A DNA stretch of 64,000 nucleotides from Histomonas meleagridis 2922-C6/04-290x (Eukaryota > Protista > Parabasalia), in assembly GCA_020184695.1 (NCBI GenBank), contig JAANOX010000117.1, positions 62,001 through 126,000 on the forward strand, given 5' to 3'. Both the position numbers and the translations under genes were made by a program. Below are positions 43,700 to 56,816 of the stretch, piece after piece (within the stretch, counting starts at the first letter, position 1; the number at the start of each line of letters is the position of its first letter). The notes under the pieces are model-generated. The model worked only from the letters and a program-made list of their open reading frames with translations. It had not been told where the DNA came from and made no database searches.

Positions 43700-44164
43700 G
43701 GAAAATTTGGATATTCTGGAGATATGGTTCTGTTTGCCAACTCAAAGCTTTTGAGTAAAATTGAAAGCACTCAGATTTTATTCCATGTAAACGTATTAAA
43801 AAGTTTTAATTATTTCTGATGATCATCAGACAGACTTTGTCAAATGATTTTTTCGGTTTCAAGTTGCTTCTTCGGCTTTTGGGTCAAACTCTAATTAACA
43901 TAAAAATAAAAGCTTTGATACCTCAACAAGAGATAAATTAATTTCTCTTTTCTTTTTGTACAATCTCAATTTTGGCTTATTATTCTAAGATCATATTTTT
44001 GTATATTAACTTATTTTATAACTTAAACAATATCTTTATTCTGTTGGTCAGGCACATGATTAATTATTTGAAAAGTTCACCTGTTTTTAATAAAGGACAA
44101 GTGACATTATAATTATGAAATGTTAATAAGCTTGTTTATTAATCTAAATGTTGATAAAATGATT

Positions 44165-44198
<34 letters not shown>

Positions 44199-44586
44199 AA
44201 ATAATATCAAAAAATACGTTATCTAATAACAGGCAATTTTAATTAATTTTAAAGTTATCAATTTCAACATTACTCCAAATTACCAGAAAAGTATTATGAC
44301 ATTCAAGTATTATATCAGATTTAACAGAAGATATAAGAAAATTATATATTGTTTTTTTTTCTCTTTAACCCAAAAAAGCCAAATTCCTGTTAAAGTATTA
44401 TTATAAAATCAAACATTAAACATAAAGATTCAAAAGACGATATACCAAAACAATTTCATCTTTAAACAAAATCTAAAATTAGCGCATGTTTTGATGTGTT
44501 AGTTCGATAGATATTATTGTTCATTAATTCATTTCTTGAATCAAATAATTGAAAAATTTATACTAAAAAACATTTATTTATTTATA

Positions 44587-47236
44587 TCATAAATGATTAA
44601 TAATATTTTCTTCTTCAAAGTCTTTAGCAAATGGATCTTCTTCAACATATGAAAGATTATTACATATTTCGAATTTGTTTGAAATTTCATTTCCATTTCC
44701 ATTTTCATTTTGTTCATTATTACTGTTCATTTCGTTCTTATTTTTTTGGTTATTTCGTTGATGAATTAAAATGATAATAATAACAATAATTATAATTATG
44801 ATAATAATGATTATACTAACAATGATAATAATAATATAAATTTGATTTTCGTTATTATTATCATTAAATTCATTCGTAAAATAAATTATAAAATTCGTAT
44901 AAAAACTAATTTTCGAATAATATTTAATGATCGTATATTCATAATATATAAAATTACTATAAGTAATAATATATGTTAAATTAGAATATGAAAAATAAAT
45001 CGAATTCGATAAAAATGAATAATTTATTATATAACTTTCGACAAAAGAATATGTGAAAAGTAAAGTTTTTGTGAAATATCCATTCGATATATAACTTTGT
45101 AATGATATTATTGATCTGGTAAAACTATTCAAATTAGAAAATGAATTCGATTTGGTAAATATATTTGATTGAGTAAATGTATTTGAATTAGAAAAAGTAT
45201 TTGATTTAGTAAATGTATTTGAATTAGAAAATGTATTTGATTGAGTAAATGTTTTAGTAAATGTATTTGATTTGGTGAATGTGTGTGTTGGCCATGGATA
45301 TTGTGCACATCCTTCAATTGATGAGCCTTTAGATACATCGAGTGTACCAAATGTTGTATCATAATATAAATCTGATGTCATAACATATTTTGCTGGGACA
45401 CCTTCAAAGACATAATCATTTTGAAATGTTGGTGAAGAATAACCTTTAAAATATATACATTTAAGATTAGAACATGATTGAAATGCAGAACTTCCAATTG
45501 TTGTTACATTATTACCAATGATAACTGTTTCCAAATTTTCACATGTTTGAAATACAAAATTTCCAATTGTTGTAACTGAATCTGGAATTGTGACATTCGT
45601 TAATTTTGTTGAAAAAAATGCAAATGTATAAATACTTTTAACATTATTACCAATAATAACTATTTCTAAATTAGAACAATATTGAAATGCACTAATACCA
45701 ATCGTAATAACTGAATCTGAAATGATAACATTTTTGATTAAAGAACTTTTTTGAAATGCATATTTCCCAATAGTAATAACTGTGTTTGGAAGTTCAAATG
45801 TTTCATTAGATTTTCCTGATGGATAACATAGAATTGTTGTAATACTTTTATCATAAAGAACTCCATCACATTCTGAATAATATTCATTTTCTTTCGATAC
45901 GTCAATAAATTGAAGACTTGGACATTGTGCAAAAGCAGCTTCTCCAATTGAAGTTACTGATTTCGGAATTGTAATATTAGATAATCTTTCGCAAGATTCA
46001 AATGCATTGTTCCCAATTTCTTCAACATTTTCTCCAAGTTGAACTGTAATTAAAGAACTACATGTTTGAAATGCACTAATACCAATCGTAATAACTGAAT
46101 CTGAAATGATAACATTTTTGATTAAAGAACTTTTTTGAAATGCATATTTCCCAATAGTAATAACTGTGTTTGGAAGTTCAAATGTTTCGTTCGATCTTCC
46201 TGATGGATAACAAAGTATTGTTGTAATGTTTTTATCATAAAGAACTCCATCACATTCTGAATAATATTCATTTTTCTTTTCGATACGTCAATAAATTGAA
46301 GAATTATACATTGTGCAAAAGCAGCTTCTCCAATTGAAGTCACTGACTTAGGAATTGTAATATTAGATAATCTTTCACAAGATTCAAATGCATTGTTCCC
46401 GATTTCTTCAACACTTTCTCCAATGTAAACTGCTTCAATTGCATAACAATGATAAAATGCTCGATCTCCAATCGTTTTAACTGTTTCACTAATTTCAACT
46501 GAAATTAATGAAGACCATTCAGAGAATGCACTACTTTTCAATCGTTTCAATACCTGAAATAATAAGATGTTTTGTTTTTAGTTTTGATATAAATATCTTT
46601 TTTTTCATATTCATTCATATTAGTTATATTCAATGTTTGTGTTGTATTATCAAATATTTCATTTGAAAATGTTAAAAAGAAAAAAAATAAAAAATAAAAA
46701 AATTTTTGAGAAATAATTTGAGAAATAATTTTTTTATTTGTTGAAAAAAAATTCATTTTAACAAATAGTAAAATGAAAATAAAAATAAGAAATATTGGAG
46801 AATTAAAAAAGAATGAAAAATGTTTTGTTACAAATTGAAATGAGAATTCTCTACTTGCATTATAAGAAAAATCATTTTTATTTAATAAAAATATTGAAAA
46901 TATGTGTTTTTTAGATTGGAAATTTGTTGAAATATCAATTAACTTAAAATGTTTGTCAAAAAAACTTGGATAATAATCATATTTGATAAATAAATTAAAA
47001 TCTCCTGCTTCGTGTAGTCTCTGATAATTTAGATTGTTCTCCTTTATTTTTGCGTTTAAAAGTTTTGATTTTTGGTGAAACATATTCTTTGAAATTGATA
47101 AAGCAAAAAACAAAACGTATGTGTGTGCACACATTGAAAACAAAAGAGTGAAATATTTCATACCAAATGACTGACAAATAGAAGTTTGAAGAAGATGAAA
47201 TGCAAAACCAATATCGTTTTCACTTTTCGAATACAA
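44587..47236 (-). CDS. BspA-like LRR surface protein, ectodomain B with anchor Y (apparent frameshifts at 46270-46610; first ATG at 47161)
   Basis: Ectodomain nearly identical to 41222-43699. Frame is intact from 46260 to the stop. Extra bases sit only in homopolymer runs. Poly-Ile TM, tail EEDPFAKDFEEENIINHL. Confidence 0.75.
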
Positions 47237-47815
47237 TTGAATATTACCCTAACCAAAAACTGCCTAACAACGAGACGATCTCGTAAAGCAAACGATAAGT
47301 TTTTGATAACTCAATACAACTAAAATTTGGCCACATAAATTCAAAAAGTTTCTTGTTAGGGGAAATAACTGATTATTTCGAATCACTTTATCTGTGTATA
47401 GGGTAAACAGGTATTTGCATTCATATGGCACTTTCCGTCAGCCAGCAGAAACATTAGCATCTTATATTGAGTTTGTATTATTATTAAAGTTTGGTTATTT
47501 AAATATTTTTCAAATATACCATTATTTGGGAAAAATTTATTAAAATCAACAAAGTAATTTAAAAACTCATAAAAATATTATAGCAAATTATTACTATAAA
47601 AAAATCATATATGAAATAAAATTTTCGGAATCATATTAAAAAATTAATTTTCATTTCATGAAGAATTTTTATTTTTCTCGATTCTAATTAATAACTTTAT
47701 TATTAGCTAATCTTCTTTAATTATTTCCCTTAAGTTTTCTCAAAATAATATACTTATTTTAAATATTTACGCACAACTTATACTTCAAATGAACCAATAA
47801 AAGATTTGATATCTT

Positions 47816-49016
47816 TTATAAATGTTTAATCATCAACATACATCTACAAAATGCATGAGTTCCAATTATTTGAACTGAATTCGGAATTGTTATATTTGTT
47901 ATTGAATAACAATGATAAAATGCGTAATCTTCAATTGTTATAACTGAATCTGAAATTATTACATTTGTTAATGAAAAACATTTATAGAATGCATAACATC
48001 CAATTGTTATAACTGAATTTGGAATTTCAAATGTTTCATTTTTGATTCCCAATGGATAACAAATTATTGTCGTAAAGTTTTTGTTATATAGAATTCCATT
48101 ATTACTATTGGAGTAATTATCATTTTCATCAGATACATTAAAAAATTGAAGATTTTCACATTTTATAAAAGAATTTGATGTAATTAATGTAACTGACTTT
48201 GGAATTGTAATGTTTCGTAATGAAGAACATGAACGAAATGTTTTGTTGCAAATTTCTTTGACATTTTCACCAATAATAACTATTTCTAATGAGGAACATC
48301 CGTAAAATGCATATTCATTAATTGTTGTAACACTTTCTCCAATAATAGCTGTTGTTAAATTAGAGCATGATAGAAATGTACGATTACCAATTGTTGTAAC
48401 TGAATTGCCAATTTCAACAGAAACTAAATTTGACCAATTAGAAAAAGCATAATCTGCAATTATTTCAACACTTCCATTAATTATAAGATATTTTGTTCGA
48501 GTTTTATATGAATTAATATTTTCAAATTCATTTGAATTCGATATAATAAGTGTTTGAGTTATATTATCAAATGTTTCAAATGATTGAATGAAAAAAAGAA
48601 TAAATAAAAATGGAAGAATTCTGAATTTAACCTTTTCTTTGCTGAAAATATTTCGATTTAAATTTCTTAAATAATTTCTTATTTTGATGATACAAAATAA
48701 AATAAACACTGTAAATTTTTGAAAAAAAGATAAAACATTAGAATAATTCTGTAAAAAATCTAAATAATTATACAAATGTTTTAAATTTGTATTTGAAATA
48801 AAACATTCTTGAAGTTTTAAAATAGAATATTTTGATTTAAAAGTAGATAAAAAAATTGTTGAGACCGACAAAAATGAATATATTAAACATGAATAAAATG
48901 AAAAAGCATGAAAAATAGTATGGAATATAAAATAATATATCCGTAGAAAATCGATCAATAAGGACTTTCAAAAATGAGTGGTTGTATGTTAGAAGCAAAG
49001 TGCGAGTCGGAATCAT
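47816..49016 (-). pseudogene. Truncated A-type BspA copy (no cap, stalk or TM; leader frameshifted after ATG 49016)
   Basis: Paralogous to 56817-59174 up to AFCRC, then unrelated sequence and a stop. The ATG 49016 frame is offset from the LRR frame. Confidence 0.8.
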
Positions 49017-49459
49017 TTATAAATTTTGATAAGAAGAATTAACAATATCCAAATAAGATTTTGGGAAAAATAAAATTGAATGATTCAAATTTGTCATTCA
49101 AAAAATAGAATTCTATCGATGCACGAAGCACTTTTTAATTTGAGTAGCAATTGCAGGAACAAAAAATGTTGGTTTTTTATTACAATTTCATTGCAATACC
49201 AGAGTCATTAGTTAGCTAACTATCTAAAAATAAAATCGAAATGACATAATGAAATAAATTTATGGTCCATACCTTAATTATATGATTGAAATCAAAGATA
49301 ATGTTAAAACAATTGAAAAAACAGAGGAATTCTCAAATTTTTAAACACACTCGCATAAATGTTACAATGCGAAGGCAGAATCGAATTTCATATACTCAGA
49401 CTTCGTAAACCAAAACAAATGCTTTTATTTATTATTGGTTTTTGTGATTGGTCATTGAG

Positions 49460-49828
49460 TTATTTCATAGAATTGGTTAAAGGTGCACACATAAGTGTTG
49501 TCCAAAACAATTTATATAATTTCCAAATATAATTTTGTGATTTCTATGTCATAGAAATTAATATCAGATAAAACAAATGAATATTTCTCTCATTAACATC
49601 AATATCTTTTCGCTCTAAAATATATTTAATTAGTTCAGGATTTTTTAACATTAAAGAAGAACTCAAAATATCTTTTGGAAGAGTATTATTTTGAAGGAAA
49701 TGCGTAACAAGATATAATTTACTAGTTTTTTCAGCTAGGTTTATACCAGAATTATCAATTTTCATTTTGTTTTCTTCAAGATATGATAAGATTTCAAAAT
49801 TTCCATACATAATACAAAAACATCTCAA
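49460..49828 (-). pseudogene. DUF3447/ankyrin gene fragment
   Basis: NFEILSYLEE..ELIKYILERKDIDVNERN aligns with the 62154 gene, followed by an 81-nt spacer and TTLMCA. Confidence 0.65.
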
Positions 49829-49925
49829 ACGATTTACATTTTATTAATACAACATCCTATGTATATAAAATCAAAAATATAATTATAACAATATAATTTT
49901 GAAAATAATAAATCATTTTTATTAA

Positions 49926-52596
49926 CTATTTCCCATCTAAAATTGACATAATCTGTGGATTTACTGTTAATTGTAATGGTGTTTTATTCCAAACATAAAA
50001 TAAACATCTAACATATAGAAAAAACTTTATTTCTAATATTAGTTTGTATCTTTGGATTTCCAATAAGTAATTTTACTGATAAAACATTTCCTCCTTTTGC
50101 TGCATAATGTAAAGGTGTCATTGAATTATTATCTTTCTTATTACAATCAATTTTAGTAGATTTTAATAGAATCTCAATAATCTCTGGATTTCCATATTCA
50201 CATGCATAATGTAAAGCAGTTTTAAAAGCTAAAATCGATTTCCAAATATAAAAAGTTCACATAAAAAATATAAAACAAATCTCAATAATTCTTAAATAAC
50301 ATCAAACGCATTAACATCGACTCTTGAATCATTTATAAGTAATTGACAAATTTTAGGTTTTCGCATATGAGATGCACATATTAATGGTGTCATTTTAGAA
50401 TGAGTATTAAATAAACATTATTCTTTGCATTTAAATCAATGTTTTTATATTTAAGTAATTCTTTTACAACTTCTTCACTTCCACTTTTAGCAGCCAAATG
50501 AAGAGGAAAATCGCCATTATTAAATGGTTTCGTTACATCAAATTTTCCTGTTCCAATTATGAAAAGTGCTGTTTGTTCATAACCCATTTGAAATGCCATT
50601 TGTAATACTGACCAACCATCGCTAGTTAAAGCATTTATATCAATTCCTGGATATTGACAAAGAAGTTTAATAATTTCGTAATATTGACATGCAAAATGTA
50701 TTGCTCGTTTATGATAATTTCCTTCAGATGGAAGATTTACATCAATATTTTTTTTACTTAATAATAATCTCACAATTTCAACATTACCATTTTGGCATGC
50801 AAAATGAAGTGCTGTCATTTAAATAAATATAAAACACCAACAAAAAAATTTAAGAAACTGAATTCTTATAAATAATATAGAAACTGTTTTGATATTTATA
50901 TCAATATCTTTTCTTTCTAATAGTAAAATTAAGATTTTTTCATTTGATCTAAGTGATGCAATATGTATTGGTGCAAGATAAATAATGAAAAAAACTTCAA
51001 TTTATATAAATAAAGAATATAAACATAAAACAAACCTCAAAAAATATCAAAAAATATTAATATAATTCACATTAATATTTTCAAAAGACAAAAGCATTTT
51101 AACAATTTCATAATTATTAACATTATTACATGCAATATTTAGAAGTGATGAAAAAGAATTAAAAAAACATAATCAGTTTCATTTTCCTTAATATCATAAA
51201 ATTTACATAACTCTTGAAATGAATGAAGTTTTTTCAATTCAAACAAATATTTTAATAAATAATAATTCCCATATATTATAGCATTATTAATAAGATTATT
51301 GAATTGATTTGGTTCAATCCCTTCTTGAATAAATTCTAAAAGCATTTCATTTGTATTTTCTTCAATACATTTGATTTCATATTCTTCTTTTTTCTCATAA
51401 ATTTTCGAGAAGTTATTTTCAATTAGATAATTAAAGACATTTAATGAATGAAATTTAATTGAACTTGAAAAATAATCAACAAAATTGATTCCGTTTTGTT
51501 CACATATTTTTATGATTTCGATGTTTTCTCCTTTAATAGCAAATTCTGCTATTTTTGGTTCTAAAATTGATCCATTTATAAATAAAAACCGAAAGCATTT
51601 AATTGATCCATAAAATGCAGAATATTCAATTAAAGATGGACAAATATTTAAAAGTGAATTTCTTTCATATAAACTTCTTTCTATTCTTTGTTGGAAATCA
51701 AAATTAGATTGCGATGATAATTCTTGAAGTTTATCAACATTATCTTCACGAATTGTTTTAGCAATGAATGAAGGATTAACTCCTTCATGACAATAAATCT
51801 TATGAAGTTTCCAATTATCATTTCTTAATTCATCATTAAATGAAGGTTGGAAACTATTATGACGATTTGAATACATTAAACATGAAATATCATCACTAGA
51901 AAGCAAATGAGCAAAATACAAATCTTTATGCGTTTCGTTCATTAGTTTATTTACATCTATTAGTGAGTGCTCAGAAAGATGGAAAATCAAATATTTGATC
52001 TCGGATGAATTCTGATTTTCCTGATAATATTGACGTACGGCTTTAAGAAAAGATGTTAACATTTGTTCCATTATAGGATTGTTGCTTTTTTGACTGTCAA
52101 AATGTTCAAGCAAATCAATGTATAATGGAATATAATTCTGTTTAGTCAAACAACCAAAGAGTAAAAGTTGACTAACATTACCGAAGTTGATGTCCTCGTG
52201 TTCTATCATATTGAATATTTTGTCCCTATTTTCTGGTGTGATATCAAAAATGAGTTTTTCTATCTCTACTGAGTTTTTAAACCCTGTACTTTGATTTAGA
52301 ACTATGATTGACTCTTTGATGTATTTTTGGAATAATATGGCTTTTTCGTATACTTGATCCATTTCAAGATATTTGGAAGCAGAAATAATAAATGATATAT
52401 TGCTTTTTGAAAAACAAATAGAATTTCCATTTAATAGATTAACAATAAAAGGAAATTGATTTGATTCATCAGAAATTTCTAAATTTAATGTTGAAATATT
52501 TTGATCTTGAGTATTTTTTGCTATATATTTGCTAACATATGATGCAGTATCTCTTTTGCAAATGTATTCTTTGTTATCATTAATTAAGGTTAACAT
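49926..52596 (-). CDS. BTB/SKP1-like N-terminus, DUF3447-type region and ankyrin array interrupted by six non-coding-like spacers
   Basis: 485-aa ORF (SLIEYSAFYGSIKCFRFL motif) followed by ankyrin cores SLLNIAC.., APIHIAS.., TALHFAC.., TPLICAS.., TALHYAC.., TPLQL.., with a final TAG at 49926-49928. The expressed structure is unknown. Confidence 0.7.
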
Positions 52597-53536
52597 TTGG
52601 AAACAAAATTATTGTTGTTAACCTGCTGATGCACAAAATTGTTGGGAACCGTTAAAAGATTTTATGGTTCTTTCACCTCATGTTTTAAACGGTCGCGAAT
52701 CACAAAAAAGTAAATTCAATTACAAACTTTTTCAGAGAAGGGTCAATAATTATCAACATGTTGATAATTAATATTGAAATCATTCAATATCTTTAATTAA
52801 TATTGAAGTTTCTTGTTGATAATTAATATTAAAATTATTTAATATCTTTCATTTTATTTGTGTTTTGTCATTTATTTAAAATAAATATAAATGATAAATG
52901 AAATGGTTCATTGATATAATCATATGAATATGTAACAATATTAAAGAATTCTAAGTAAAAAGTAAAGTTAATAATATATGATGTTGATGATGATACAATA
53001 CAATGAATCAAAATATTAATATTAAACATAAATTCCTATTCACGTAAAGAAACACTATGATCATTTATAATCTTTGATAGAGAAAAAGAGAAATTCTGAA
53101 ATATTTGATACAATTAACCATAACAAGTCATTGAATTTCAAGTGAATAAAATTTTATTAACAACAAATCTTTACAGCTTTCGAATGAACTTTCATTATAT
53201 TATTTAAAAGTGTCTTTAAAAGCATTTTATTCTTGTGATTTACTTGTACACTTTAAATATTGATTAAAAGATTCGATGATTGAATTAAAAAAAATTCAAG
53301 AAAACAATAGGCCAATTATCTTATAACCGTGTGAATTTTAACTTTTGTATAGGCCGATGTGTATTTGGTAAAGGTCTTCAATTATATTTCATCTTGAAAA
53401 ATGAAAATCCTTCAAATTCTTCTCATTTTGCAGGTCTCAAAGCAATTTATAACTCATATGAATCTTAAATCTTCATTTTTCAAACATATAAAATTTTTAC
53501 ATATACCAAAAAGCAGGAACAAAGAAGAACTTGCTC

Positions 53537-55288
53537 ATGCACACAACGTGGATGATCCAATCTTTGAAACCATCATCAAAAAAAAAATTAATTTTAAGCA
53601 ATATATCCACAGAGCTCACCAAATGTCATTTTGATGCAAAATTCATCTTAAACAATATACTTGCGATGCCAATGAACCATGTTTTAACCCCCAAACAAAA
53701 ACTTTTCGAATCAGATTTTACAAATTCTCATGAACAATCAAGTGAAATCAATACATTTGATCAATGTATCCTTCCTCTACAAATATTGGATCGATATTAT
53801 GAATATGTATCATTATTACATTGGAAATTTTGTTTTTCTTTTTTGATGCACAACGTCAACAATTTTGAATCAGTTGCATTCAATTGTTTACTTCACATTA
53901 ACACAATTTTTTCAATGCTGTTGATAGCGGTTTGTATCAAATTTTTTCAGAAAAATTCAATGGTTCAGAAAGAAGTTTATCAAAAAGATGATGAAATGAA
54001 AACAAAAGATAACAAAAACGAAAATATTTTTGTATATGTTTTTGTTCTTTTTTTCATGAATTCTTATCAAATAATTTTCAATTATGATAACTCAACGCTT
54101 TTAATCGAAAATGATAATGATTTTAATAATATAAATTCTTATGCAAATATAACTGAAAATATTATTATTGGTGAAAATATTACTATAATTCCGGGTAACG
54201 CTTTTATTGAATGGCCAATAGTTTGTGTTAATTTTAGTAATTCAGTAACAAACATTGGGTCCGCAGCATTTTTAAATTGTTATAATTTGACAATTTTGAC
54301 ATTTGGCACAGGATTAACAAGTTTTGGAGATAATTCATTTGCAAACTGTATATCACTAATAAATATTACAATTCCAAATTCAGTAACAAACATTGGATCC
54401 TCAGCATTTTCATGTTGTTATGGGTTAAAGATATTAACACTTGGCACAGGATTATCAGTGATTGCAAATGGTGCATTTTCGCAATGTTATAATCTTCAAT
54501 GTATTTATTTTTATGGTATTTCACGACCATGGATTGGAGAAAGTGCATTTTTTTCAGTTAACGCAACAGTTCTTACATATCCAACATATGATGATGAAAG
54601 ATTTGGTCCATTTACAGTGAATGATTATGAAGGAGGAGTCTGCATACCATCGTTTACACATTCATTTTCAAGTTCAAATACATATACACAATCAAACACA
54701 TATACACAATGAAACACATATATTCAATCAAACTCATTCAGTAAATCATATACATTCACTAGGTCGAATACATTTATAAAATCACTTCAAAGTTATTTAA
54801 CTTTATCATTTTCTTATATAATAACCATTTCAGTATCTATTACTCATTCATTAACGATTTATGAAACGCAAATAAAATCATTTTCATTATTTTTAAGTAA
54901 TTCAATGTTTTCATATATTGAAACTAAATTTATTTATTATGATTACACAATTGTTATTTATACAACATATTATAATTATTATTCAAATTTCTATACATAT
55001 ATTAATATAAATGAATTCCTCAATAATGATAATAATATCACGACAATTATTATTATTGTTTGTGTTGTTATTATAATTATAATTATTATAACACTACTTG
55101 TCGTATTATTGATTCGAATTCGAAACAAAAAATCAGAAAATATTAAAAACGAAAGTTCAGAAGAAAATGAAAATAAAAACAAAAAAGAAACCACGAATAC
55201 ATTTGCAACAGGAATTTCTATATCAACAATTGAAGAAGATCCTTTTGCTGATGATTTCAAAGAAGATAAATTTATTGTGCAAATGTAA
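53537..55288 (+). CDS. BspA-like LRR surface protein (subfamily C) with one in-frame TGA at 54710-54712
   Basis: Frame is continuous on both sides of the TGA (64 sense codons to ATG 54905, then TM and EEDPFADDFKE tail). It may be a pseudogene. Confidence 0.7.
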
Positions 55289-56816
55289 TTTTGTTTAAAC
55301 ATAAAAAAGCAATAAAAGAAATATATGCGATATTAAAGCCATTTTCTATTTTTAGAATAAACATTAAATTTCTTTTAGATATGTTTTTATGTCATTAATT
55401 TTAATTTCAATAAAAAGAAATGCATTTTAAAAAACACTGAAAGAATAAAAAAAATTGCGTTTCTTTTTTTCTTGTAATGATTAGAAATATTTGATTCATA
55501 GTTAGACATAACATTACATTTAGGAATAGAATTATCAACCTAATGAAATGAATACAATAAAAGGAAATAAATTTGTTTACATGTTTTGTTTTTTTATTAT
55601 AGACATTTTTCGACAATGTTGAAAAATAACACAATAAGCATGTGTAAGTTAAATGAAAAAAGAATGCATCAGTTCATGAAATCAAAAGTGTTTCATGCAA
55701 ACATGCAAAGAGGAAATTAACAATTATGATACAACATATTTGATGAAAATAAAACCAACAAAAGTTACCTGGTATTTATGTAAATATATCAAAAAGTTTC
55801 AAAACCTCGAAAATTTCTTCATCAGCCACACCTTGACAAATGATTTTCAGCAATTAATTTTCATGGAATGTATTCACCTGTTGTCAAGAGTTTAACTCCT
55901 GAACTTTTTTATGAATTTATCCCACATAAGATTTTTATAATGTGTTAAAAATTTAAACTTCAATTTCAAACATGACTTAGTCTAAGTATCTTTTACTCTT
56001 AATTTATTTATCAGTGTGAAAATCAAATTTTTTGATTTTTGGTGAACAATAAATTGAATCATCGAATAGAAGTAAACGAAAAGTTCAAATTTAAATTCTT
56101 ATTTTTTTAAAAAATTTATGATATATAAGCGGATTAAAACTGTCTATCTCACGAAAACTCTTTACGAATATAAACTTAATGTGCTTATCATTTTGCATTT
56201 TCACTAAATTCTGATTTTTTTAGAAGGCATTTTACGTTGTTTGAAAACTTGTTTCTATAAATAGAAATATATTATATTATCCTAATTTAATGAATTTTTA
56301 AATTCAGAACAAATCATCAATGCTTTATGCTCCAAAGCAAATTTCATTCCAACTAGGATGGTGACACCATCACGGTGTGATCGAATATTTGAAAAAATAT
56401 GATTTGTAATATTGATTTTTTATGTGAAAATTTTTGTTGTATTCATAAAAAACATTAAAATGTACATAGAATATGTGATTAATCTTTTATTTTTGGGACT
56501 AACCACAAAAAACTTCAAAATGTTTGATGCATTTTTCATGTTTAATTTCAACAATCGACATTTTATTTAATGATTGGAATATCATCCTTTAATTATTAAT
56601 AAAACTTGTTGATATAAGATATATTTTTTTTTAATTATTTGTATGGTTTTTAATATTTGACAATGTACTTATTATGGTATTTTTAATCGAAAAAATATAT
56701 TACCGAAATTATTACATCTTTTGATGTGTTAGTTCGATAGATATTATTATTCATTAACCCATTTCTTGAATTAAATAAATAAAAAATTAATACAAAAAAG
56801 CATTTATTCATTTATA

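Noticed and set aside
44168-44194. (TA)n microsatellites (also about 13416, 17885, 21455, 7752)
   Set aside because: Ordinary simple repeats in AT-rich intergenic DNA.
46270-46610. Six frameshifting insertions in the B+Y BspA gene as phase variation
   Set aside because: All are +1/+2 extensions of homopolymer runs clustered in about 350 nt of a near-identical repeat copy, which is typical of unpolished long-read error. Read-level inspection is needed before any biological claim.
56357-56371. 15-bp palindrome GATGGTG-A-CACCATC
   Set aside because: Isolated, far from gene ends and without a second copy.
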